Assembly: GCA_019247845.1 (NCBI GenBank)
Contig: JAFBAL010000029.1
Coordinates: forward strand, 1,215-65,214
Origin: Alphaproteobacteria bacterium
GTDB taxonomy: Bacteria; Pseudomonadota; Alphaproteobacteria; Micropepsales; Micropepsaceae
Direction: 5' to 3'
Length of the DNA stretch: 64,000 nt
Shown here one piece after another: positions 42,705 to 52,393 of the stretch. Position 1 is the first letter of the stretch; each line of letters starts with the position of its first letter. Position numbers and translations under genes: made by a program. The notes under the pieces are model-generated. The model made no database searches and had not been told where the DNA came from. It saw nothing but the letters and a program-made list of their open reading frames with translations.

Positions 42705-43280
42705 CTAGCGCATGTTGCGGACGATGCCGTCCAACGTCTTCTGATACGTCTGCATCATGTTGGTGAGCATGTCGTAGGCCTGGTTGCGCTTGTTCACCAG
42801 CTGCTGCAGCCGGATCATGTCGAGCTGCGAGTCTGCGTTCAGCTTGTCGATCTCGCCCTTGATCCGGGCGCGCTCGCCGTCGTCGGCCGCTTTCTCCAGT
42901 TCCGATACCAGCTGCTTCAGCTGCGTGTTGCGCGCCGTCATCTGGGCGATCTGCTGCTCGAGCAGCGTCTGCTCGCGCCCGGCGGAGAGCACCAGCATCG
43001 CGGCCATCACCTCATCGGGGCTGAGCTTGCCGGTATCGAGGCAGCTGGTCGGCTGCGGACAGGCTTCGCGCACGTCGTCCTTGGCGCCCGATTCCGACGC
43101 GTCGCCGATCGCCAGGCGGTTGGCCTCGACGCCCACGAAGCGCTTGCCGTGCTTGTTCAGGTGGCGCGACAGGGTGGCGGCGACGCGCGCGGCGTCCGCG
43201 TCGGCTGCCGTGGTCTCGGCGAGCGCTGGCGTGGCGATCGTCAGCGCCGCAGCGAAAGAGATTGCGAGCTTGCCCATCAT
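42705..43280 (-). CDS. Exported coiled-coil protein with Bsp22-like (T3SS tip/filament) C-terminal motif
   Basis: Signal peptide [21 protein letters not shown]; C-terminus [41 protein letters not shown]. The resemblance is from my recollection of Bsp22, not from a search. Confidence 0.7.
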   Translation of the reverse strand: MMGKLAISFAAALTIATPALAETTAADADAARVAATLSRHLNKHGKRFVGVEANRLAIGDASESGAKDDVREACPQPTSCLDTGKLSPDEVMAAMLVLSAGREQTLLEQQIAQMTARNTQLKQLVSELEKAADDGERARIKGEIDKLNADSQLDMIRLQQLVNKRNQAYDMLTNMMQTYQKTLDGIVRNMR

Positions 43281-43289
43281 GGTCCCCAC

Positions 43290-43768
43290 CTAGAGCTTGC
43301 GGTTGTCGAGCTGCTGGCTGTTCCCGATCTCGTCCAGGATGCGCCGGACGTCGTCTTCCATGCCCTTGATGGCGTCCTGCAGCTCGCCTTGCCGCTCGTG
43401 CATCCGCTGCAGGTCGCGATCCTTGGCCTCGCGATCCTTGTCGCGCTCCATGCCGCCGATCCGTCCGTCGAGAAGATGCCTAGCCCTGTCCATCGCCAGC
43501 AGCGACATGCCGGTCCGCGCGTCGTCGTCGGGGAGGTCGCGCAACCGAAAGCACGCATCCGTTACCCGGCAGGCGCCGCGAAGGTCGTCCTTGAGTCCCG
43601 AGATCGAGACGTCGCCGGTGCCGACCAGGCCGCCTTCGTGCTCGAGGGTCTGCTTGCCGTGCTCGGTCATGTGCTGCTTCAGCAGCGCGACGAGGTCGTC
43701 TTGCGCAGAGGCGAGCGCGGGCGAGACGCCCGCAAGAATGACCGAGACCAGTGCGGCAGGCAGCAGTT

Positions 43769-43772
<4 letters not shown>
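43290..43772 (-). CDS. Exported paralog of 42705-43280 lacking the terminal motif (160 aa)
   Basis: ATGA overlap with the sucC stop; signal peptide; shared blocks (L)xxHxxxHGK, KDDxRxACxxxxxC and an amphipathic helix. Confidence 0.75.
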
Positions 43773-44932
<1,160 letters not shown>

Positions 44933-44944
44933 GGGATTCCTGGC

Positions 44945-45895
44945 TTAGGCGGCGATTTCGGTGCGCCGCACAATACCAGTGAAGGCCGGGGGGGCAAGCG
45001 CCGAAATCCGGTCCGTGGCGGCGATGGCAGCGAACGCCACGGCAAGCCCGCCCAACAGGTCGACGACGTGGTGTCCACCCTGGATCGGGGTGGCGACCAG
45101 CACCACGGCGTTCAGGGCCGCGACCGGCCAGCGCAGGACTTTCACCTCGCGCGCATACCAGGCGACCAGCATGGCCAGCGCACCGTGGAAGGACGGGAAG
45201 CCGACCAGCCCCTTGGCGCTGGTCGGCGAGATCGGGCCGGGCCCGTTCGCGAGCAGGGCTTTGAGCTCCTGCGCATAGTGGCCGTCGAGCGCCAGATTCA
45301 GATGGGCCGCGACCTGGGGCGGCAGGTCGTAGACCGAGAAGGCGCCGAAGGAGGGGAAGGCCGTCCAGAAGAACACGGTCAGCATCGCGCCGATGGCGAT
45401 GGAGAGGCACAGGCGGTAGACGCGCTCGCATTGCCCGGTGAAGGACAGCGCGATGATCAGCATCGCGATCTGCGGCATGACCGACCCGTAGCAGAACTGC
45501 AGCACCGCATCGATGCGCGGATAGCCGGTCATGAACGCCATCAGCGCCGGCCAATCGATGCCGAGCATCCTGTCGGCCTTGGCGAGCAGCCAGTCGATGC
45601 GCGGGCCTGCAACGGTCAGCAGAAGATAGTTGAGCAGGCTGAACGCGGCCGAGAACACGACCAGGAACGCGGTGCCGAACAGCATGGTGCTGAGGCGCTC
45701 GTCGCGGCGATAGCGCGTGTAGAACACGCCGCCGGCGACCATCGCCGCCGACAGCAGCGCCAGCGTCGCATAGGCTTTGCCGTCGAGGTCGAAATGGAAC
45801 GCGGTTGCCCAGGCCGCGTCGACGATCACGATCGCGGCGGCGACGGCAAGAAGGATGCGCTGCAAAAGCGTCAGGGCCGCGGCTCTGGGGTCCAC
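44945..45895 (-). CDS. PAP2-superfamily membrane protein (PAP2_3 / Aur1-Ipt1-like)
   Basis: Multi-TM; FPSFH and [11 protein letters not shown] motifs. Confidence 0.82.
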   Translation of the reverse strand: MDPRAAALTLLQRILLAVAAAIVIVDAAWATAFHFDLDGKAYATLALLSAAMVAGGVFYTRYRRDERLSTMLFGTAFLVVFSAAFSLLNYLLLTVAGPRIDWLLAKADRMLGIDWPALMAFMTGYPRIDAVLQFCYGSVMPQIAMLIIALSFTGQCERVYRLCLSIAIGAMLTVFFWTAFPSFGAFSVYDLPPQVAAHLNLALDGHYAQELKALLANGPGPISPTSAKGLVGFPSFHGALAMLVAWYAREVKVLRWPVAALNAVVLVATPIQGGHHVVDLLGGLAVAFAAIAATDRISALAPPAFTGIVRRTEIAA

Positions 45896-45930
45896 GGCCC
45901 TGCTTCTAATTGGGATGCGTTAACGCGCGC

Positions 45931-46851
45931 TTAGTAGCCGCCGCTGTCGCCGACGCCGCCGCTGTTGAGCGCATTGCCGTCGAGCTCGACCTCGCGCGCC
46001 GTGTTGCGCTCCATGTCGGCGCAGACCCGCGTGCGGAAGGTGAAGAACATGTCGCCCGTGCCGTATTTGCGCAGATTCGTGCGCTCGGTGCAGTCGACCA
46101 CGCTCATCGCCGGCGCGCATTTCAGCATGCCGTCCTTGAAGTGGCGCACCGCCTCGCCCTCGCCGCATTGCAGGATCACGCCCTTGGAATAGAGGCCGGC
46201 CATGCCCTGGTCGGACTGGACCACGTCGCCCATCACGATCTTCAGGCGCGCGCCCGCGATGCAGCGCGCGACCTCGCCCTCATAGGACGACTCGATCCAG
46301 GTGTCGGCGGTCATATGCGTGGCCGGGAACTCGCGGCCGTCGGCGGCGATGCACACCGCATGGATCGACTTGACCACGGTCGCATCCTGCATCTCGCAAT
46401 GCCCGCGCGCCACAGCGACCGCGCCGATGTCGGAATTGTTGTGGATGTTGACGTATTCGTAGCTGCCGCCGCCATAGACGATGACCTGCGCGCCGGCTTG
46501 CGCATTCGCCTCGGCCATCGCCTGCGCGAAGGCGGCGACCTGCACGTTGATCTTGTTGATCACCACCACCTTGTTGATGTTGATGTTCTTGTTGAGGTTC
46601 AGGTTCTTGTTGATGTTGATGTTCTTGTTGATGATGATCGGATGATCGTGGCACCCGCCGCCGCCGCCGCCATAGCCGCCGTTCACGCTGCCGAAGCCGC
46701 CGCCGCTGCCCGCGACGCTGATGCCTGGCGCGCCGCCGCCGGTATAGAATCCGCCCGCAGAGGCCGGCGTGGCCGCGGCCGCCACCAGTGCCGCGCCCGC
46801 GAGCGCGCTAACCACAAACCTGAAAGAGATCGGCGACATGCTTGGCTCCAT
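45931..46851 (-). CDS. Secreted protein: Gly-rich linker, Asn-rich hexapeptide repeats, Cys-rich C-terminal domain
   Basis: Signal peptide ending ..AATPASA; GGGFG..GGGGGGC; INKNININKNLNLNKNININK; 8 Cys. Start may be 46851 or 46839. Confidence 0.8.
   Translation of the reverse strand: MEPSMSPISFRFVVSALAGAALVAAAATPASAGGFYTGGGAPGISVAGSGGGFGSVNGGYGGGGGGCHDHPIIINKNININKNLNLNKNININKVVVINKINVQVAAFAQAMAEANAQAGAQVIVYGGGSYEYVNIHNNSDIGAVAVARGHCEMQDATVVKSIHAVCIAADGREFPATHMTADTWIESSYEGEVARCIAGARLKIVMGDVVQSDQGMAGLYSKGVILQCGEGEAVRHFKDGMLKCAPAMSVVDCTERTNLRKYGTGDMFFTFRTRVCADMERNTAREVELDGNALNSGGVGDSGGY
46570..46632 (-). repeat. 3.5 tandem 18-bp units encoding N-(I/L)-N-(I/L)-N-K
   Basis: Plus strand reads CTTGTTGATGTTGATGTT / CTTGTTGAGGTTCAGGTT / CTTGTTGATGTTGATGTT / CTTGTTGAT. 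Confidence 0.9.
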
Positions 46852-47022
46852 GACTGCGTCATCCTAAACATGGCTCGCGCTTCCCAATGACGGGAAGTTG
46901 GACGAAGCCTTAATGACCGCGCCCGTCGCTTCACGATCCGTGCCACAGGATGCCTTGGTTTTGCCCTTGGACGTGCTCCAAACTGGCACATCCAAGCGAC
47001 TCGTACCCCAGGCAAACCGCCG

Positions 47023-47733
47023 ATGATCCCGATCTCGGACGACAATCCCGTCAGCCATACCCCCTTCGTGACCTGGCTCCTGGTCGCGGTCTGCGTGGCG
47101 GCCTATCTCTGGGAGCTGTCGCTCGGCGAGCGCGCCTTCGACGGCGCGCTGACGGTCCTGGGCTTCACCCCGGCCGGCTTCTTCGGCCGGGCCGAAGCGC
47201 CGTCGGAGCTGCTGGGCATCCCCGCCTTCGCCACCATCTTCATCTCGATGTTCCTGCATGGCGGCTTCCTGCATCTGGCCGGCAACATGCTCTATCTGTG
47301 GATATTCGGGAACAACATCGAAGAGGCGATGGGGCACTTCAAGTTCATCCTGTTCTATTTCGCGAGCGGGGTGGCCGCGGCCCTGACCATGGGCGCCGTC
47401 GATCCCAATTCGGCCGTGCCGATGGTCGGCGCTTCGGGCGCGATCTCGGGCGTGCTCGGCGCCTATATGCTGCTGTATCCGCGCGCGCGGGTGCACGTGA
47501 TCATCCCGCTCGGCATCATCTTCTATCCGCTCTGGGTGCGCGCGGTGTGGGTGGTCGGCATCTGGTTCGGGCTGCAGCTCTTGAGCGCGGCCTATACCGA
47601 CCCGTCCAAGCCCGGCACCGCCTTCTGGGCCCATGTCGGCGGCTTCATCGCCGGGCTGGTGCTCACCCCCGTCCTGAAATCGCGCGACGTGCGCTATTTC
47701 GGCCCCTATTTCCAGCGCGGACCCTGGTCATAA
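47023..47733 (+). CDS. Rhomboid family intramembrane serine protease
   Basis: SMFLHGG..HL.GNML.LW.FG.N.E, GASGAISG (Ser), AHVGGF (His). Confidence 0.95.
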   Translation: MIPISDDNPVSHTPFVTWLLVAVCVAAYLWELSLGERAFDGALTVLGFTPAGFFGRAEAPSELLGIPAFATIFISMFLHGGFLHLAGNMLYLWIFGNNIEEAMGHFKFILFYFASGVAAALTMGAVDPNSAVPMVGASGAISGVLGAYMLLYPRARVHVIIPLGIIFYPLWVRAVWVVGIWFGLQLLSAAYTDPSKPGTAFWAHVGGFIAGLVLTPVLKSRDVRYFGPYFQRGPWS

Positions 47734-47740
47734 CAAAAGC

Positions 47741-47756
47741 TGGCATGCCTTTCGCT
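47741..47756 (+). promoter_or_regulatory. Possible sigma54 (-24/-12) promoter for the PAS gene
   Basis: TGGCATG-CCTT-TCGCT has the correct GG-N10-GC spacing and two mismatches to TGGCACG-N4-TTGCW. Confidence 0.35.
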
Positions 47757-47833
47757 CTCCCGTTCCGGTAAGCGCAGAGCGGCGTTCCGAACTGGATCAA
47801 TCGCCCTGCCGACACATCACGGGGCGAGCGTCC

Positions 47834-48505
47834 ATGAAGCACAAGAACTCCCATCTCCTGGTCGGCTATTGGAGCCGCCTTCGCAACGGACGCGACGTTC
47901 CCGATCAGACCGACATCGATCCGCGCGCGATCAAGCGCATGCTGAGCCACGTCTTCATCCTCGACGCGGCCAATCCGGGACGGCCGATCTATCGCCTCGC
48001 CGGCACCGGGTTGTGCGAGCGCTTCGGCATGGAGCTCAAAGGCACCGGATTCCTTGCGCATTGGGAAGGCCAGTCGGGCATCGCGCTCGGCTCGCTGCTC
48101 AAGCAGGCCCAGAAGACGCGACAGCCGGTGTGCCTTTCGGCGATCGGGGCGACCGCGGATTGCGGCATGGTGGAGCTCGAGACCATCCTGGCGCCGATCA
48201 CCTTCAACGGCGGCGAGCCGATGCGCTTCCTGGGCCTGACGCAGGTGCTGAGCGACATGGCGCTGCTCGCCGGCCGCCCCATCGCCTTCCAGCGCCTGGT
48301 GGCCTCGGCCCTGGTGCGCGAGGACGAGCCGCTCGCCGCACCCGTCCATCTGGCGCCGCCTCCGCCGCCGGTGCAGGCGATGCGCAACCATCCCAAGGCG
48401 CCGCATCTGCGCCTGGTCGTGAACCAGGACAAACCCGCCGATGTCGAGGTCAATTCCGAAGAGGTCCTGCGCCGCATGGCGCAGCTGTTCAACGGCAACC
48501 AGTAG
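47834..48505 (+). CDS. Stand-alone PAS domain protein (PAS_5 / DUF1457-like)
   Basis: YWSRLR.GR..P...DIDP..I...L..VFILD, YRLAGT.LC..FG.ELKG. Confidence 0.85.
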   Translation: MKHKNSHLLVGYWSRLRNGRDVPDQTDIDPRAIKRMLSHVFILDAANPGRPIYRLAGTGLCERFGMELKGTGFLAHWEGQSGIALGSLLKQAQKTRQPVCLSAIGATADCGMVELETILAPITFNGGEPMRFLGLTQVLSDMALLAGRPIAFQRLVASALVREDEPLAAPVHLAPPPPPVQAMRNHPKAPHLRLVVNQDKPADVEVNSEEVLRRMAQLFNGNQ

Positions 48506-48538
48506 GGACGACCCGCAAGCGCGGCCGGGCCTCGAGGC

Positions 48539-48895
48539 CTATTGCGGATCCTGCTGCGGCATCGGAGTTTCGCCGCGCTGCTGATCGTTCTTGTGGATCG
48601 GATTGTCCAGCGGGTCGGCGTGCATGACGTCGCGGTCGAACTGCTGCTCGTGGTCCTTGCGCTCGAGGAAGGGAACCTCGTACTTCTCGATCTTGGCGCG
48701 ATAGGCCTCGAACCGGGCCTCGTCGTCCGGCAGGCGCTTGTCGCAGCGGTCGGGCGGAAGGCCCGCCTGCTCCTGGCACCAGAGATCGAAGTTCATCGTC
48801 TTGACGTCGTAGCGTTCCGTCTGGGCGTGACTCGACGACACAACGGCGGGCAACGCGAAAAGCGCGGCGGCGAAGGCGAGCCTGAAGGATTTCAT
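48539..48895 (-). CDS. Exported hypothetical protein (about 118 aa)
   Basis: Signal peptide MKSFRLAFAAALFALPAVVSSSHA; WCQE..LP..RCD Cys pair. Confidence 0.7.
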   Translation of the reverse strand: MKSFRLAFAAALFALPAVVSSSHAQTERYDVKTMNFDLWCQEQAGLPPDRCDKRLPDDEARFEAYRAKIEKYEVPFLERKDHEQQFDRDVMHADPLDNPIHKNDQQRGETPMPQQDPQ

Positions 48896-48986
48896 ACCGT
48901 CCATAACGCCCAGCCCGGCAGCGGAGTTGCAGCCGCCAGCATATGGGCGAAGCCATGGCAAAGATAGCGGCATGGCGAAGATGGCG

Positions 48987-50636
48987 CTATTGCGCCGCCA
49001 CCCTGGCGTGATCCTCGGCAACTTTGACGAATTGCGGCGCAAGCGCGGGCCGTCCCAGGATCATGTCCGAGGCCTTCTCGGCGATCATGATCGTGGGCGC
49101 GTTGGTGTTGCCGCTGACCAGCGCCGGCATCACCGAGGCGTCGACGACGCGCAATCCTTCCAAACCGTGAACCTTCAATTGCGGATCGACGACACTTTCG
49201 CCATCCGTCCCCATCTTGGCGCTGCCGACCGGGTGATAGATCGTCTCGGCGGTCTTGCGGATGAAGGCGTCGATCTGCTCGTCCCTGGTGACGTGCGCGC
49301 CGGGCATCAGCTCGGGCCCGCGATAGGGATCGAACGAGGTCTGCGCGAACACCTCGCGCGCCAGCTTGACGCCCTCGCGCATGACGCGGCGGTCCTCCTC
49401 GGCCTCCAGATAGTTCGGCTGGATCAGCGGCGCCACCAGCGGGTCGGCCGATTTGAGCGAGATGTAGCCGCGGCTCTGCGGCCGCAGCTGGCAGACATGG
49501 GTCATGAAGCCGTGCCGGTCGCCCTTGACGCGCGTGTGGTCGTACATCAGCGCGGTGATGAAATGGAACTGCAGGTCGGGCGTTTCGAGATCGGGGCGGC
49601 TCTTCAGGAAGGCGCCGGACTCGAGGCCCTGGCCGGTGGCAAGGCCCGTGCCGAACAGCATGTATTGCAGGCCGGTCTTGAGCGCGTTCAGCGGCTTGGA
49701 CTGGCTGAACAGCGTGATCGGCTGGGTGCATTCGTACTGGATCGAGCAGTCGAGATGGTCCTGCAGGTTCTTGCCCACGCCCTTCATGTCGGCCACGACG
49801 GGGATGTCGAAGCGGTTCAGCACCTCGCCGTCGCCGACGCCCGACAGCATCAGCACCTGCGGCGTGTTCACAGCGCCGCCGCACAAGAGCACCTCGCGCG
49901 TCGCGCGGACCTTGTGCGACTGTTTCCTCTGCACGAACTCGACGCCGACCGCGCGCTTGCCCTCGAACAGGATGCGCGCGACGTGGGCGTGGGATTCGAT
50001 CGTCAGGTTCGGCCGCTTCACCGCGTCGTGCAGATAGGCCTTGGCAGCGCTCCAGCGCTTGCCCTCGTGGATGGTGAGCTGGTAGGGCCCGAAGCCTTCC
50101 TGCTGGGCGCCGTTGAAGTCGTCCGTATACGGATGTCCGGCTTCCTGGCCCGCCTGCACGAAGCTGCGGAACAGCGGATTGACGGAGCGCCCGCTCGACA
50201 CGCGCAAGGGCCCGTCGTGCCCGTGAAAATCGTCGCCGCCCTTCTCGTTGCCTTCCGCGCGCTTGAAATAGGGCAGCACGTCGGCGAACGACCAGCCGTC
50301 GCAACCCATCTGCCGCCAGCCGTCATAGTCGCGCGCATGGCCGCGGATATAGATCATGCCGTTGATCGAGGACGAGCCGCCCCAGCCCCGGCCGCGCGGC
50401 CAATAGAGCTTGCGGCCGTTCAGGTGCAGCTGACCTTCGGTCTCGTAGTACCAGTTGTACGGATTGGGCTTGCCGAGAAGGGCGGGGATGCCCGCCGGCA
50501 TGTGGATCATCGCCGACTTGTCGCGGCCGCCCGCCTCGATCAGCAGCACCTCGACGTTCGGATCGGCCGAGAGGCGGCTTGCCAGGACGCAGCCCGCGCT
50601 GCCGGCGCCGACGACGATATAGTCATAGGCCTTCAT
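48987..50636 (-). CDS. GMC oxidoreductase (choline dehydrogenase-like)
   Basis: YDYIVVGAGSAG, PRGRGWGGSSSINGMIY, NLQDH, TIYHPVG, GNTNAPTIMIAEK. Substrate not assignable from motifs. Confidence 0.92.
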   Translation of the reverse strand: MKAYDYIVVGAGSAGCVLASRLSADPNVEVLLIEAGGRDKSAMIHMPAGIPALLGKPNPYNWYYETEGQLHLNGRKLYWPRGRGWGGSSSINGMIYIRGHARDYDGWRQMGCDGWSFADVLPYFKRAEGNEKGGDDFHGHDGPLRVSSGRSVNPLFRSFVQAGQEAGHPYTDDFNGAQQEGFGPYQLTIHEGKRWSAAKAYLHDAVKRPNLTIESHAHVARILFEGKRAVGVEFVQRKQSHKVRATREVLLCGGAVNTPQVLMLSGVGDGEVLNRFDIPVVADMKGVGKNLQDHLDCSIQYECTQPITLFSQSKPLNALKTGLQYMLFGTGLATGQGLESGAFLKSRPDLETPDLQFHFITALMYDHTRVKGDRHGFMTHVCQLRPQSRGYISLKSADPLVAPLIQPNYLEAEEDRRVMREGVKLAREVFAQTSFDPYRGPELMPGAHVTRDEQIDAFIRKTAETIYHPVGSAKMGTDGESVVDPQLKVHGLEGLRVVDASVMPALVSGNTNAPTIMIAEKASDMILGRPALAPQFVKVAEDHARVAAQ

Positions 50637-51223
50637 GGCTGGACCGCGGGCTTGTCGGTGTTGTCGGAGGGCGGCGGCGCGGCGGGAGCGGGCGGCGGCG
50701 CCTTGGCCTCGGCCTCCAGCTTCCTGAGCGAAACCTCGAGCGAGGCGAGGCACCGCTTCGTCGCGCGCGCCATCGAGCGCACCGAGCCGTTCAGCAGCCA
50801 GCAGTCGTAGTCGACCTGGGCGCGCGCCGCGTCGACGGCGAAGCCGTCGCGGCCGCGCTCCAGCGCGCGAATCAGCCGATCGCGCATCTTGTGGGTCGGC
50901 ACGTCGATGGCGGGCTCGGGCTCGACCAGCGAGCCGCGCGCGGCGATGATCGCCTTCTCGGCATAGGAATTGGCGAGCGCGCCGATGGAGCTGTCCATCT
51001 CGGTCAGCTCCATCGAGCCGCCCTGGTCGAAGGCGACGCCGGCCGAGGCGCCCACCGGCCCGAACGAGCGCGCCAGCGCCGAATAGTCCTTGAACAGCGC
51101 CTTGTTGAAGGCGGAGGCGGCGGCCTCGGGCCTGGTCTCCGGCAGGTCGTCCAAGGCCGTGTTGTTCACGCAGCCCATCACAACGACGCTGAGAACCAGC
51201 ATTCCGGCACGCAACCGCATCAT
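50633..51223 (-). CDS. Putative lipoprotein resembling the N-terminal region of alphaproteobacterial OmpA-family proteins, without an OmpA domain
   Basis: Lipobox-like VVMG-C; F..AL..DY..L, KA..AA.G..V.PE, AARAQVDYDCW; ends in a Pro-rich tail. Confidence 0.65.
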   Translation of the reverse strand: MMRLRAGMLVLSVVVMGCVNNTALDDLPETRPEAAASAFNKALFKDYSALARSFGPVGASAGVAFDQGGSMELTEMDSSIGALANSYAEKAIIAARGSLVEPEPAIDVPTHKMRDRLIRALERGRDGFAVDAARAQVDYDCWLLNGSVRSMARATKRCLASLEVSLRKLEAEAKAPPPAPAAPPPSDNTDKPAVQP

Positions 51224-51278
51224 GAATATCTCCAAGCTCGACCCGACCGCCCTGCTATAGCGCGGGCGGCGGCGAAGG

Positions 51279-51293
51279 TTAAGTGCGGCTTAA
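51279..51293. promoter_or_regulatory. Perfect CtrA box between the lipoprotein and tandem-PilZ genes
   Basis: TTAA-GTGCGGC-TTAA; a weaker GTAA-N7-TTGAC lies at 51329-51344. Confidence 0.8.
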
Positions 51294-51403
51294 GAGCGGT
51301 GAAATATGCCTGCCCGGATGTCGGCTTGGTAACCTTATGTTGACCGTCGCGGGCCCACACTCGCAACGGGGAAAACCGAGTTGGGCGTGCCCGTACGTAA
51401 GCC

Positions 51404-52051
51404 ATGAAGGATATCGAGCCCGTGATTGCCAAAGCCAAGGCGGAGCGCCGGCGCTTCCGGCGCGTGCGCGTCGATCTGACCGGCCGGCTGTTCGTTCCGG
51501 CGGATTCGCGCGAGTGCCACTGCAAGGTCGTCGACCTGTCGCCGGGCGGCGCCTCGATCGAATGCGACCTGGTCTTGGCTCAGGGCACGCAGATCGTGCT
51601 GTACGTCGACGGCTTCGGCCGCCTCGAGGGCACGCTGGCCCGCGTCGAGGGGCCCGACTTCGGCGTGCGCTTCAACTGCACGCCCGCCAAGCGCGAGCGT
51701 ATCGCCGAGCAGCTCATCCTGTTCATGAACCGCGCGCTCATCGACGAGACCGAGATGCGCCGCCACGACCGCACGCCCACCAAGGGCATCGCGCGCTTCA
51801 CCCGCGCCGACGGCCAGTTCGTCGCCTGCGAGGTGATGGACCTGTCGGTCAGCGGCGTCTCGCTCAAGACCGACGTGCGCCCGCCGATCGGCGAGTTCGT
51901 GCTGATCGGCCAGATGGCCGGCCGCGTCGCGCGTCATCACGAGCACGGCATCGGCATCGAGTTCGTCGGCGGCACGCCGGTGACGGCGGACCGGCTGCAG
52001 CCGAAGCCGGCGACCGACCGCATCGCGTCCAAGGCCGCGACGGGGCGGTAA
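51404..52051 (+). CDS. Tandem PilZ domain protein
   Basis: Two RxxxR / DxSxxG pairs: RRFRRV..DLSPGG and RRHDR..DLSVSG. Confidence 0.92.
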   Translation: MKDIEPVIAKAKAERRRFRRVRVDLTGRLFVPADSRECHCKVVDLSPGGASIECDLVLAQGTQIVLYVDGFGRLEGTLARVEGPDFGVRFNCTPAKRERIAEQLILFMNRALIDETEMRRHDRTPTKGIARFTRADGQFVACEVMDLSVSGVSLKTDVRPPIGEFVLIGQMAGRVARHHEHGIGIEFVGGTPVTADRLQPKPATDRIASKAATGR

Positions 52052-52072
52052 GGCACGCATATTGCGAACCTG

Positions 52073-52104
52073 CTCAATTCGGACCATATTCAGTCCGAAT
52101 TGAG
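52073..52104. promoter_or_regulatory. Perfect 12-bp inverted repeat, likely toxin-antitoxin operator
   Basis: CTCAATTCGGAC-CATATTCA-GTCCGAATTGAG, ending 7 bp before the antitoxin ATG. Confidence 0.8.
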
Positions 52105-52111
52105 GTTTGCC

Positions 52112-52393
52112 ATGAAGCTCGCCGGTCAGATCAAATCCGTCAGCACCTTCAAGGCCAAAGCGGCCGAGATGATCGAAGACATCACCGAGACGGGCAATCC
52201 AGTGATCCTGACCGTCAACGGCGAGGCGAAGGTCATCGTCCAGGATGTGCGCTCCTACGAAGAGACACAGGAGACGCTGGCGTTTCTGAAAGTGCTGACG
52301 GCGGGCGATAAAGCTCTCGAAGAGGGCCGTGTCCGTCCGGCGCATGAGGCGATGGCGCGAGTTCGCGCGCGACTCAAGAAGAAATATCCGTGA
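52112..52393 (+). CDS. Phd/YefM family antitoxin
   Basis: IKSVSTFKAKAAEMI and PVILTVNGEAKVIVQD..SYE. Confidence 0.88.
   Translation: MKLAGQIKSVSTFKAKAAEMIEDITETGNPVILTVNGEAKVIVQDVRSYEETQETLAFLKVLTAGDKALEEGRVRPAHEAMARVRARLKKKYP

Noticed and set aside
46940-47020. GGGCAAAACC (minus) and CAGGCAAACC (plus), resembling the start of a c-di-GMP-I riboswitch
   Set aside because: The following GNRA-capped stem and GGGACGCAAAGC-type segment are absent on both strands.
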